Shown here piece after piece: positions 1-10,718 of a DNA stretch of 46,200 nt. Made by a program: the position numbers and the translations under genes. Position 1 is the first letter of the stretch. The number at the start of each line of letters is the position of its first letter. The stretch is taken from NCBI GenBank assembly GCA_002269645.1, contig NIVC01001885.1, positions 1 through 46,200 on the forward strand, in the 5' to 3' direction. This stretch comes from Macrostomum lignano (Eukaryota). The notes under the pieces were generated by a model. It had not been told where the DNA came from. It ran no database searches and saw nothing but the letters and a program-made list of their open reading frames with translations.

Positions 1-861
1 CCAAAAAAGTGATCGGCTTAGTTTTCATGCTAAATCTTGATCAACTTATATCTACTAGCGTACTCAAGTTTTTAGCCATCTAACATAAAGTAAATCTTAA
101 TAACGCTCTTAGAAGAATTATTAAACTGTTCGATTCGACCCTGCTTACATTTTTTCTATCGTTCTCTACGAGCCAGTTCACGGCGATCCCCGCACCGGTA
201 GCAAGAAAAAAATTGTTTTCAACCGAGCCTTAAAGAACAAATTCGCGCAAGGGTTGGAGGGTTGGCGTTGCCTAAAGAACGTTTTGCAGTTTTCGTTTCT
301 TTCCTCGTGATGCGCCAAACGGACTGCGGCAAGGAAGTTTGGGGAATTCCCAATGCGCAAGTTCAGTGCAGCGTTAGAGGACGAAAAACACAGGGCTAAC
401 GGAAGCGGTTAAACGGGAACAGTTCGTCAGCTAAGCGGACAAACATGTTTACTGGTAGCGAACGGGGGTTCTGAAAGTTCGTGGTGCACACCTATCTGAG
501 GGTGCTGCTGGATTCTTCATCTGAATACGTCAGAACTTTTCCAGAACTGGATACGTAACCAACAACTGCCAATCGGATTCTCCACTTCCTTGGGCCAATC
601 TGGCCGGCCCAGCCGCAGTCAAAAACACTTTGGTGCCGGGTTCCCAGCCCATTCCGAATTGCCGACGTCAACAGAATTCGAACTCTTAAGAAGGTCGAAC
701 AAAACTAAGGTGCAAAACAGATCGATGTATCGCCTAAGAGTTCGAAAAACAACTCCAGTCTATATATACGATGCAGGTGAAGGCCTGTCCAGCAACAAAT
801 CTCCAAGGAGCTCATCCAGCGCTAGAAAGCTTTACTGCCAAGCAAGCTCGAAAAACCCAGC

Positions 862-2451
862 ATGAACTTCATCAAGGATTCGATCTTCGGCCGGCCGGAC
901 GAGCCGGAGAAGCTCAAGAAGAAGATCCCGGGCCCGGAGTGCCGATTCTGGCGACCTGCCGACCGCCACCAAGTGGACGCTGGCGAACCCGGGCAAGCTG
1001 CCGATGCACCGCACCCTGGAGCTGCACGGCCAGTTCGGCCCGGTCTACTCCTTCGGCGTCGGCTCGGCCACCTTCGTGATCGTCGGCGACCCGGCCATGT
1101 TCCGCCAGGTGCTCACTCACGAGGACTTTCAGGAGCACATCAACCTGCCATTCCTCAAGACCTTCGGCGCCCGCAAAGGAATCTTCATGGCCGACTACGA
1201 GCGCTGGAAGGTGCCGCCGGTTCAGCCATCGCATCCTGCGAGACCTGGGCTTCGGCAAGATCCAGATGCAGGTGAGAGACGCAGCTGATCATGGTTGAGT
1301 TCAGGTGCAGCCCATCCAATCATTCAGGCATTCCAAATCAAGCACTGTTACTCCCCTCTCCCCCCAATCAGGACAACATCCTCCGTGAGGCAACTCACCT
1401 GGTGGACGATCTCCGGTCGCGATGCTCGGAGCCGGTGGAGACGCGCGCCGCCATGTCCTGCGCAGTGTCCAACGTCATCAACCAGCTGGTGTTCGGCAAG
1501 CGGTTCGACTACAGCGAGCCGGAGTTCGCCAGGCAGCTGGACAGCGCCCGCATGGTCACCAACATCAGCCTGACTCTCGTGTTCTTCCCCATGATGTTCC
1601 CCTGGCTGGAGGGCCACCCGGACGTCATGAAGGCCCTGCCGGGCTCCGCCAGCTTCGCCGAGGGCTACGCCTTCATTAAGGCCTTCTGCAAGCGCGAGAT
1701 CGCCTGGCACAAGGAGAAGTTGGACTTCAACAATAACGAGGCCGACCAGCCCGAGGACTTCATTACCGCCTTCCTCCGCGAGCAGGTGCACCAGGACCCC
1801 GAATCGGAGCACTACTTCACTGACGACGATCTGTGCGACATTGTGGCCGATTTCTTCGTGGCCGGCACCGACACCACGGCCGTGGCGCTCACCTGGGCCG
1901 CCCTGCTGCTGGCCAAGCACCAGGACGTGCAGGACCAAGTCCGCGCTGAGCTCTTCTACCTCGGCGACACCATCCTGGAGAAGCAGGCCGGCCTGCACTA
2001 CACCCGCGCCTTCTGGGACGAGGTGCTGCGCTTCTGCATGCTGGTGCCCCTCAACATGCGCCACTCAGTCCGAGAGACCAGCGTCGGCGGCTACCGTATC
2101 CCGGCCGACACGGTGGTCGGCGCCAACGCCTACGCGGTGTCGCGCAACGCCGAGCTGTTCCCCGAGCCGGAGACGTTCCGGCCGGCGCGGTTCCTGGACG
2201 CCGAGGGCTGCTACTGCCGCAGCCCGGCCATGGACGGCCTCGTGTTCGGCGCCGGCAAGCGGGGCTGCATGGGCGAGAGCCTCGCCCGCATGGAGATGCT
2301 GGTCTTCCTGGCCAGCCTGGTGCAGAACTTCCAGCTGGAGCTGCCGGAGAAGGAGCGACCGAGGCTCAGCGAGATCTTCATCGGCGAGGACGGCGCCGTG
2401 CACCAGCCAAAGCAGCACCGGATTCTGTTCACCGAGCTGCACAGGGACTGA
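862..2451 (+). CDS. Cytochrome P450, CYP2-clan-like; exon 1 862-1271 (about 3 small frameshifts), intron 1272-1371, exon 2 1372-2451
   Basis: I-helix FVAGTDTT, K-helix EVLR, PETFRPARF (PERF-like) and heme motif FGAGKRGCMGE. KLKKKIPGP-GVPIL Pro-rich hinge and C-helix WKV.RRFSHRILRDLGFGK are recovered across frameshifts at ~935, ~950 and ~1213. The 100-bp GT..AG intron is phase 0. Confidence 0.92.
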
Positions 2452-3004
2452 GCCTCATAGCCTCATAGCCCTTGACTTACCTCTACTTGTCTGCTAGTGC
2501 TTGTTCTATTTTTGTTCCACGCTTCTCTAGTCTGCAGATTCACAACCGTAATGTACTTGTTTATTGGTACAGCAGAAATCATTTTTCCTCCCCCTGGAAA
2601 TCCATTGGGGGGAAGACTTTTTTGGTTGTTAACCTCTCGTGTACAAAGTTTGCATCTAAAAATACAAAAGCACTGCGCTCGATCGTACTGAAGCGCATTT
2701 GCCAAATACGGCAATCGGAAAATACTCATCATTTGTGCTAGCAATTGTCAAAGACGTTTTTGGCCAAGAATTTAGCATGGCGCTGGTTGGGGTCTTCTAT
2801 GACCGTGAACTATTGTGCATAGCGGTTAGAAGTATTTGACATAGTTTATCTCAAAGATAGCAACTTCAATAGTTGACAAAGGTTAAACAGTAAAGAAAAT
2901 AAACTGAACAGTAAACTGAACGTACGAGCGTACATGTAAACTAAACAGCCAAGCTCCAAAGTTCTTATGCAAGGCATCCTGTTTTGACTCTTGGTGTAGA
3001 TCTT

Positions 3005-3330
3005 GCTCTGGTGACTGTCGACTCTCAAGAGACGTCTTTGGTGGCTCCTGCCGCTAAGGAAGCTACTTTGGTGGCTGTCGACTCTCAAGAGACGTCTCTG
3101 GTGGCTCCTGCCGCTAAGGACACTACTCTGGTGACTGTCGATTCTCAAGAGACGTCTCTGGTGGCTCCTGCCGCCAAGGAAACTACTCTGGTGGCTGTCG
3201 ATTCTCAAAAGATGTCTCTGGTGGCTCCTGTCGCTAAGGAAGCTACTTTGGTGGCTGTCGACTCTCAAGAGACGTCTTTGGATGCTCCTGACGCCAAGCA
3301 AACTACTATGTTGGCTGTCAACTCGCAAAA
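3005..3330. repeat. 60-bp tandem repeat (~5.5 copies, itself a diverged 2x30-bp dimer)
   Basis: Unit GACTGTCGACTCTCAAGAGACGTCTTTGGTGGCTCCTGCCGCTAAGGAAGCTACTTTGGT-like recurs every 60 bp. Confidence 0.9.
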
Positions 3331-3523
3331 GATACATCTCTGGATGCTTCTGCCGCCAACACGCACCTACTTCAGTTGCAATTCGGAAGTCCAGAAGCTG
3401 AGATATTATGAATTTATTGCTAAAAAGTTGAAAACTTTCTGACGTGACGCGAAAGTCGGGAACCGAATGTTGTTTAAACGAGTGTAAATTCTTGCGATAT
3501 ATTTGTAGTAGAATAGTCTACTA

Positions 3524-4571
3524 GGGCCCGTTCTATAAAGCTTGCGTATCCTTAAGTTCAAACTTACGTTCGCGCCGTGTCGTAAAATGTTTGGTGAAAC
3601 CATCGTTTCTTAAGACCGTTCTTAGATTTAAGAAGCTTCTTAAGTTATCGCGCACGCGTAATTTGCGTTCGGTGAAACTTTCGTAAGTCACTTCGGCTTC
3701 TTAAGTTCCGCCGTAAATCTAAGACAGGTCGGACCTGTCGTAAGTCACTCTTTAGTTGTGAAAATGCACAGCGCCGACTTCATTCAGTCGTCAGTCTTTC
3801 CTGCTCAACGCGTAGACGTTCCGTCTCGATCTTCAGCCTCTCTCTCTCGACAAACAATCTGTCGTTTTCAACTTCCAATCGAGCTTCCTCCACCCGAAGA
3901 CGTTTTATTTCTAAGCTTTCGATCAGCCCAAGTTTGCTCTGCTTTCGCTGACGCTTCGTGTTCTTGGCAGCGGGGTTAGCAACAGACTCTTCACTTTTTT
4001 CGTCGTAAGCTGTCTCGTACTCAGGCGATGCGCTTCTGCCAACAGCTTCGGAAAATTCATCAGCAGGCGCACTTGCGATATCAATGTACTTGGCCGCCGA
4101 GCTTGATGCTGCACTGTTGGATTTAGGCAGCTGCAGCGTGTCAACACCACGTGGCACGCCTTCCACGACCTGTTTTCGGATGGACTGCGCCGCCTTCTCC
4201 TCTAAACTCGACAGCTGTGGGGCCTGCGATGGACCGCCTCCTGTCTTAGCTTGCTCCTTGCGGATGCTGGCTACTTTGTTCTTCAGTTGACTCTTGAAGT
4301 CAGACCACCGCTTTCGGCAGTTCTCTCCAGAACGTCCTTGTCCACCGACTGCATTCACGATATCGGCAATTTGCTGCCATCCGCGTTTTTGCGAAAATTC
4401 GCTTTGACAGTATTTGCGGGGCTCTCCAGGTAACTTTTCCGTTCGGTCGTTGCTTCTTGCAGCGTCTCCAGTTCCGCCGTTGACCAGTTCGCCGCGCGTT
4501 TTTGTGCTACATTAGACTTCATTGCATTCCAATTATTTGGCACTTTCGACCGTATCAGCTTCTCTTTATGC
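3524..4571 (-). mobile_element. PIF/Harbinger-like DNA transposon fragment (one terminus plus Myb/SANT gene)
   Basis: GGGCCCGTTCTATAAAG after CTA at 3524 resembles Harbinger termini. Palindromic subterminal motifs follow (CTTAAG repeats, TTAAGAAGCTTCTTAAG). A Myb/SANT-like ORF is adjacent. No transposase or second TIR was found. Confidence 0.55.
3780..4522 (-). CDS. Myb/SANT-like DNA-binding protein (Harbinger accessory/NAIF1-TSNARE1 type), one frameshift at ~4382
   Basis: Joined reading MKSNVAQKRAANWSTAELETL...KNA(G)WQQIADIVNAVGGQGRSGENCRKRWSDFKSQLK...KTGGGP matches the Myb_DNA-bind_5-type pattern. C-terminal coiled coil EIKRLRVEEARLEVE. Confidence 0.85.
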
Positions 4572-4690
4572 TGTTATACGAGCTATACGAGCGTAATTGC
4601 CACTCTACTTAAATATCGATTGGTCAAGGCTGTTTGCAACCCTTCGACGGCAAGATCAATTAGAGTCCTTCTTATTGCTACGACACGACA
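4572..4690 (+). repeat. Putative 5' LTR (TG...CA)
   Basis: Starts TGTTATACG, ends GACACGACA, and is followed by the PBS-like TGGCGTCGCGA at 4692. The left boundary is inferred. Confidence 0.6.
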
Positions 4691-7600
4691 ATGGCGTCGC
4701 GATCAGACGACCTGCCGCTGAACGACCCCGCAATGACGGAAGCTTGGCTACGAAGCTTCGCTGCTCTCAGCCGCAGCAAAAATCTCACGGACAGCGCAGA
4801 AAATCGGCAGGTCACTGACCTCTTCCTGGCGAAAGCCGGCGTGAATGCAGTGCGGATAGTCAGCGTCATGGCAAAGCCCAAGGAGCTGGAGGAGATGGAC
4901 TTCGCAGATATAAAAAATTGATAATCGAGAAGACTCTCCCGAAGAAGAAGCTTGTCATTGCTGAACGATCGATATTCATGTCGATGCGCCAGGAGCCAAT
5001 TGAGTCAGTGCAGGCCTTCGCACAGAGACTTCGGGATGCCGCCCGCTTCTGCGAATTCGACCAGTTGAATGCGGAGGACAGCCACCAGTCTGCCGAGGAC
5101 GAGCTCATGCAGACGATGCTCGTCAGCGGGCTGCACAATGCGCAGCACCGCAGCCGGATTCTGGAGCACATTCAGGGCTCATCGCAGCCGGTGGTTCTCG
5201 ACAGCAGCGTCGAGTTCATCCAGCAACTCGAGTTGATCCAGCAGTACGGCGGCGCGGACAGTCAGAAAACAGGGGAGACTGCAGCCCTAGCGCCTGCTTC
5301 CATCGCCAGCATCGACAAGAACAGGCGAGCTAGATGGACGAGCAACTTGCAGCTCTTGCGGAATGCAGCACCAACCCGGCCGTTGCCCAGCTCGAGGCAA
5401 GACCTGCAACAAGTGCAGCAAGCGCAACCATTTCGCGGCGGTGTGCAAGTCCGCCCCCAGATCAGCTCACGAAGTCGAGGCGGCCGAGGCAACGGAGGAT
5501 GGACCCATCTTCTCTGTCATTAGCACCCAGCAGCACAAGACCAGCAGCCTGAAGACCGTGCTGATTGACGGTCACGCTCTGGCGATGCAGCTGGACTCGG
5601 GATCGGACAGCAGCATCATCCCACAGAACTTCTGGAAGCAGCTCAGCGAGCCCCGGCTGCGGAAGTGCAGGCGCCAGCTTCGCCAGTTTGATGGCTCGAT
5701 CATCAAGACTCTCGGCAGCTTCACAGCGGCTGTCGAACTGGAGAACAAGATTGCGTGCGTGGAAGTCACGGTCGCGGCCTGCAGCAAGACCCTCCTGCAG
5801 TTCGATCTGGACGCTGTCTGTCTCAACCACGTGGGGCAGGCGCAGGAAACGCCTCTCGGGAAGCTGAATGCCTTCAAGGCGCGCATCCTGCTGAGGGACA
5901 ATGTCCGGCCGAGTTACTTCGAGGCGCAACCAGTGCCCATTCACCTGAAGCCGCTGGTCATCACGAAGCTCCGGAAGCTCATCGACAGCGGTGTTCTGGT
6001 GTCAGTCGCGCCAGGCGGCAGTCAGTGGGCGTCTCCGATCGTGGTCGTGAGGAAGCCCAACGGCGACATCAGGATCTGTGCCGACTACAAGATCGGGTGA
6101 ACCCCAAGATCTGTGCTGATTCCTATCCGCTGCCCAACATCGAGACGGCGTTCTGCGAGCTTGCGGGAATGTCTCACTTCGGCACCATCGCCTGGCGGAC
6201 TCGTACAATCAGCTCGAGCTGGACGAGGCTTCAAAGGAAATTCTCACCATCAACACCCCGATTGGACTGCTACGCTGGACAAGGATGCCCAACGGCGTGA
6301 AGACGCCAAGCGCACAGTTCCAGGCGGCCATGGAAGCAACGATCGGTGGTCTGGTGTCGAACCTAGTCATCTACCAGGACGATGTCTGTGTCGGAGCCAG
6401 GTCCGAGGCCGAGCTAGACGAGAAGGTCGAGAAACTGTTGCGCAGGCTCAAGGCGGCCGGAATGCAGATCAACGAGCGAAAGTGCGTCTTCAGAAGAACC
6501 GCGATCTCATTCCTCGGGTACAAGATCTCCGCTGATGGTGTTCGGCCCGACTCGAAGCTGGTGGGAAAAGTTCAGCAGACCCGTGCGCCGATGAACCGCA
6601 AGGAGCTCGAATCCTTTCTGGGGCTCACAAACTACTACGCGCGGTACGTCCAGGCCTACGCTGAGCGGGCCGAGCCACTCACGAAGCTGAGAAGTAAGCA
6701 GACACCATTCAAGTGGGGCCAGGACCAGCAGAAGGCATTCGACGACCTCAAGAAGGCTCTGGCAGTGTATCCAGTAGTGCGCAGTCTTTGATGCTTCGAA
6801 GCGCACGACACTGACAACAGACGCCAGTGACAAAGCGATCTCGGCCATCCTGACTCAAGACGAGCACCCGGTGATCTACCTGTCTCGACGGCTCACAGCG
6901 GCAGAGCAGAACTACTCCAAAATCGAGCGAGAGGCCCTCGCCATCGTGTGGGCGACTCAGCGAGCACGACACTTTCTGCTGGGCGCCAATTTCACCTTGA
7001 ACTGCGACCATCAGCCGCTGGAGCCAAGGAGATCCCGAAAGTCACGTCTGCGAGAATCACGCGGTGGACGATCCAACTGGCTGCTTTCGACTACGATATC
7101 GCGTACGTCCGCGGAAGAAGCATCCCACATGTCGACGCGATTTCGAGACTCGAGTTCGAGGAGAAGTTCGAGCAACCGGAGGTGGTCGAGAGTGTTATCC
7201 ACTGGACAGAGACGGACGTGCTAAAACTCGAGGACGTTCAGCAGTCAACGGCGACCGACTCAGTGCTGCTGGGCATCAAACGCCGGATCCGCGACAACGT
7301 CTGGAGCAACTGCTCTGCGGCCGAGCGTCCCTTCAAGAGCGTGCGCCAGCAGCTGTCCGTCGAGGACGGCGTCATCTGCATGGGTGACCTGGTGGTGCCG
7401 CCAGCCGCGCTGCGACCTCAGCTGCTGCAAGCGGCACACGGCGACACCCACTGCGGAGCGCTGGCGACGCGCAACCGGCTGAAGCGAGAGGCCTGGTGGC
7501 CAGGCCACTGCGATGACGTCGAGCAATACGTCAAGCAGTGTGTGAAGTGCGCGGAGATCCGCACACCACCAGCCCGCACGACGCACACCTGGCCAGCGGA

Positions 7601-8333
7601 GACCACGGCGTGGCAGCGGGTGCACATCGACCACGCGCACGTGCAAGGAGCCGGCTCCCTCCTCATCGTGGTGGACGCCTTCTCTGGTTGGCCGGAGGCG
7701 GTTCTGGTGCCCGACAGGACGGCCAGAACGACGCTGCAGGTTCTGCGGGCGATCTTCTCGAGGCTAGGCGTGCCCCGGACCTTGGTATCTGACAACGCGC
7801 CAGGCGGCATGGTCCAGACGGTGAAGCACGGGCTCCGGGCATTTGCAGCGCACCGCGGCTCCTTCGAAGCGTACCTGGCCAAGCTGCTGCTCAATTACCG
7901 TTCGACGGCGAGGAGCGACGGCCGGGGCAGCCCGTCGGCGCTGATGGGCCGACAGCTGAGGAGTCCGCTGACAATGACCTTCGAGATCGACGCACCAGTT
8001 GTCTACCAGCCAAGCTCCAGTGCAACGGCCGAGCCCGCTCGCTTTGTGGTCCAAGCAGGCAGCAACACGGCGGTGATCATCCGCGACAACAACCGGCCGG
8101 CCCTTGCCCATCGGGACCAAATTCGGCCGCTGCCGTTCGACTTGACGGTCACGCCAGGGCAGGAGCAAGCGACCGGGCGCGGACAAGAGACAGCGGCTGA
8201 GGAGACTCCGGTCGAGCCCGAGACTCCGATGTCGGGCAGCCCCAACACCGAAATCGAGGTGCCGGCGGCGCCGAGGCGTAGCGAACGCGGAAACAAAGGA
8301 GTTCCCCCCGAGCGGCTCACTCCTCCGTGGTGA
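4691..8333 (+). pseudogene. gag-pol polyprotein, multiple frameshifts and deletions
   Basis: Two Zn knuckles (CSSCGMQHQPGRC, CNKCSKRNHFAAVC), protease LDSGS, RT motifs WASPIVVVRKPNGDIRICADY, YPLP and YQDD, RNase H TDASD...YSKIEREALAIVWA...DHQPL, integrase H-H-C-C (HCG..CVKC) and WQRVHIDHA/VDAFSGW/SDN. Roughly 35 codons appear deleted after SDNAP, removing the usual NG.AE segment. Confidence 0.9.
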
Positions 8334-8498
8334 GGCGTCGCTTGGCGGGGCTCATCAACTATCTCTGACTCGCCTTGCGTATCTGCGTACTTAATATCTA
8401 GTGTACTCATTACCAATGTACTTAGTGTGCACGCGCGGAACGTTGCATCTTTCTATCTATATGCTAAAGCTTAAAGTTTGATCGCGCTGTACTCGTAA

Positions 8499-8637
8499 TG
8501 TAGGCGGCATGTTGCCGTCGGTCGTTTTCAAGTTAATATAAAGACCGGTTTGGCTATCAGTTGCAGTCTCGTATTCTATGCTCAGCTAAGAGCTCTCTTA
8601 AATAGAAAAGAGTCCATCTTATTGCTACGACACGACA
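8499..8637 (+). repeat. Putative 3' LTR (TG...CA)
   Basis: The last 29 bp match 4662-4690 with one mismatch. The start at TGTAGG is inferred and the rest does not align with the 5' LTR. Confidence 0.5.
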
Positions 8638-8892
8638 AAAACATCCCAAAGTAAGGATGTTTGCTCGTTGAGGCTCCTTGACACTTGTCATAGTAGAAGC
8701 TGGCTGGTTGACAGACCATGAGTATTGGCAGCTCCAGATGCAGCCGCAGGGGCTCAGTAGTAACAATGCAGCTAGGTGTTAATAGGAACAAAACCAAAGG
8801 CGGATTTCCAAATCTTCAGCTGGATTCAGAGATTTAAATGCTTCAGAATGCTTCTTGTTCCATTGAGCTAGAAAACGATAAGAATGCAAGAC

Positions 8893-8957
8893 ATCCCGGG
8901 ATTTCGATTGGGCCTAAATCCCGGGATTGACCATCGGGATCCCGATCCCGGTTTGCA
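8893..8957. repeat. ATCCCGGGAT-motif cluster, probable DNA-transposon/MITE subterminal remnant
   Basis: Several ATCCCG/CGGGAT motifs ending in TTGCAAT. The same motifs cluster at 10632-10718. Confidence 0.45.
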
Positions 8958-9099
8958 ATAATTCAATCATTCATTCTCGAGTAGTAGTATCTGCAGCTGA
9001 GCAATTTGTCAGGTGAAAATCATCACCCATTTGTCTTGCTTTGATTTATTAATCTTTTAAGCATGCAGGCTAGTGAGACGGCTAGGACTTCAGGGATAC

Positions 9100-9868
9100 A
9101 ATATAGAATTTTGCAGCCCATTTGGGCTTACGCGCATTTAATTTAATCCAAGATACGTTTGCCAATGTAACAGAGCTTTTGTCTATGGTAGCAAGGCTGG
9201 CGCAGCGGCATTTAATTTGGTCCAAAATTGACCAACAAGCATCCATTTGGTCCAAACACTCGTGAGCCATTGGACAAACTCTTGCCTTCTCTCAACCGTC
9301 TGCAGGTTGTTGCGCACCGCTGGAATGTCAGCGTCTCTACCAAAAGTTTTCAGTTGCTTTTCCAGAGCTCTGCTGATAGTCGAAATCTGATAACCAACTG
9401 GAGCTGTTCCCTCCCCTCAACTTCTGCTGCATTTCTGCAACGTCAACAAAGGGTTCGTCTCCACTGCATCGAGTAGCAGTTGGACCTGAGGCTCTCGAGC
9501 AACTTTCCTTGGCGATTGCCACCCTTTCGCAGGCAATCTCTGCCGGCAGAGTTTCAACGCGCTGCTGGATGCTGTAAACCACCTTTTCTTTTACATTCAG
9601 CAACCTTGCAATGTCCTTTGGGTGTTCACCTCCGTCGAGTGCTTCGATCACAAGCCAATGACATTCGTTCAATAGCCTAGCATATGGTCCACAATTCTGG
9701 GACTGAGCTGAAAATGAACTAAATGGACCAAATTGATGCTTGTTGGACTAAATTAAATGCCGCTGTGCCAGCCTTTCTACCATAGACAAAAGCTCTGTTA
9801 CATTTACAAACGTATCTTGGATTAAATTCAATGCGCGTAAGCCCAAATGGGCTGCAAAAAGCTATATT
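9100..9868 (-). mobile_element. Non-autonomous Tc1/IS630-like DNA transposon with ~150-bp TIRs and a truncated transposase N-terminus
   Basis: 9100-9254 is the reverse complement of 9724-9868. Across frameshifts the interior reads LVIEALDGGEHPKDIARLLNVKEKVVYSIQQRVE..GGNRQGKL..PQVQLLLDAVETNPLLTL..STISRALEKQLKTF..IPAVRNNLQTVERRQEFVQW (HTH region). No DDE domain is present. Confidence 0.75.
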
Positions 9869-10631
9869 GAAGCTATTGGCAGATCGTAAAGGAGATTTTA
9901 GGTGTAACAATGTACGTGCAGCTGTATGTATTTGTTACTCGCAGACTAATGTAATTATTAATCAAAAACCTGTAAGCAGAGCCTAAAGCAATAGAAGCCA
10001 ATTCTCATTGTTTCCTATCACAGCGCTATAGCTTGCCAGACGGGAGTCAAATCATTGTTCATTTGAACTCTCCCTCTATCTCAAACCCAGCTAAAGTCGG
10101 GGGGTCTCGAGTCTCGACCTTGCGCAGATCAGAAGCCTCCTATGCGAAAGACCTCATTCTCAGCACTGTCAGGACACCCTTTAGATGCCCAAATAGGGTT
10201 GGTGGCAGAACTTCTTTAAGCAGTCCCCTACCTTCAAAACTTCTTGGCCGTAGATGGGATTAGAACAGTGGGAGTCCGGACCTTGCTATCGCACCACAAC
10301 CCAAGCTATCTATGGCGGGTGCCCCTGGGAGGGTGAGGTCTGATCCCCTTCTAACCTGGTATCAGTACCTCGCGCCATAGCTCTGTAAGCTATCGTTCCC
10401 CAGGTTACATCACAATCAAGTGTGATTCTCCTGAGCTGATACCGAAATGCAAAAAAGCATGTCTAATACGCCAGCCCGTACATCCCACTCCAATTCAGAG
10501 CTCACTGTCAGTTTCTTGTTTGCAAAAATCTTTTATTCTGTTGTAATTTTATCATTGAAAGCCTTTTAAAATCATATTAGATAGCTTCGTAAAGCAAAAT
10601 TGCACCAACAAAAATTAGAAACCTTTTCAAT

Positions 10632-10718
10632 TCCGGGATCTCGGGATCTCGGCCCAATTCGTCGGGATCCCGGGATTGGCAAAGTCCGGGATATCCCGAT
10701 CCCGAGAATCCCGGGATC
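10632..10718. repeat. ATCCCGGGAT-motif cluster (MITE-like subterminal remnant)
   Basis: About eight CGGGAT/ATCCCG motifs in 90 bp. Confidence 0.45.

Larger units (their letters stand above)
4572..8637 (+). mobile_element. Ty3/Gypsy LTR retrotransposon, Mag-clade-like, decayed
   Basis: Order gag-PR-RT-RH-IN. Both LTR-like ends finish with ...CTTATTGCTACGACACGACA. A TGGCG primer-binding site follows the 5' end. Confidence 0.93.

Noticed and set aside
445-454. AAACATGTTT p53-type half site
   Set aside because: A single 10-bp palindrome with no second half site; expected by chance.
1348-2497. Antisense and alternative-frame ORFs over the CYP and (5462-8416) the Gypsy pol
   Set aside because: Shadow ORFs of GC-rich coding sequence.
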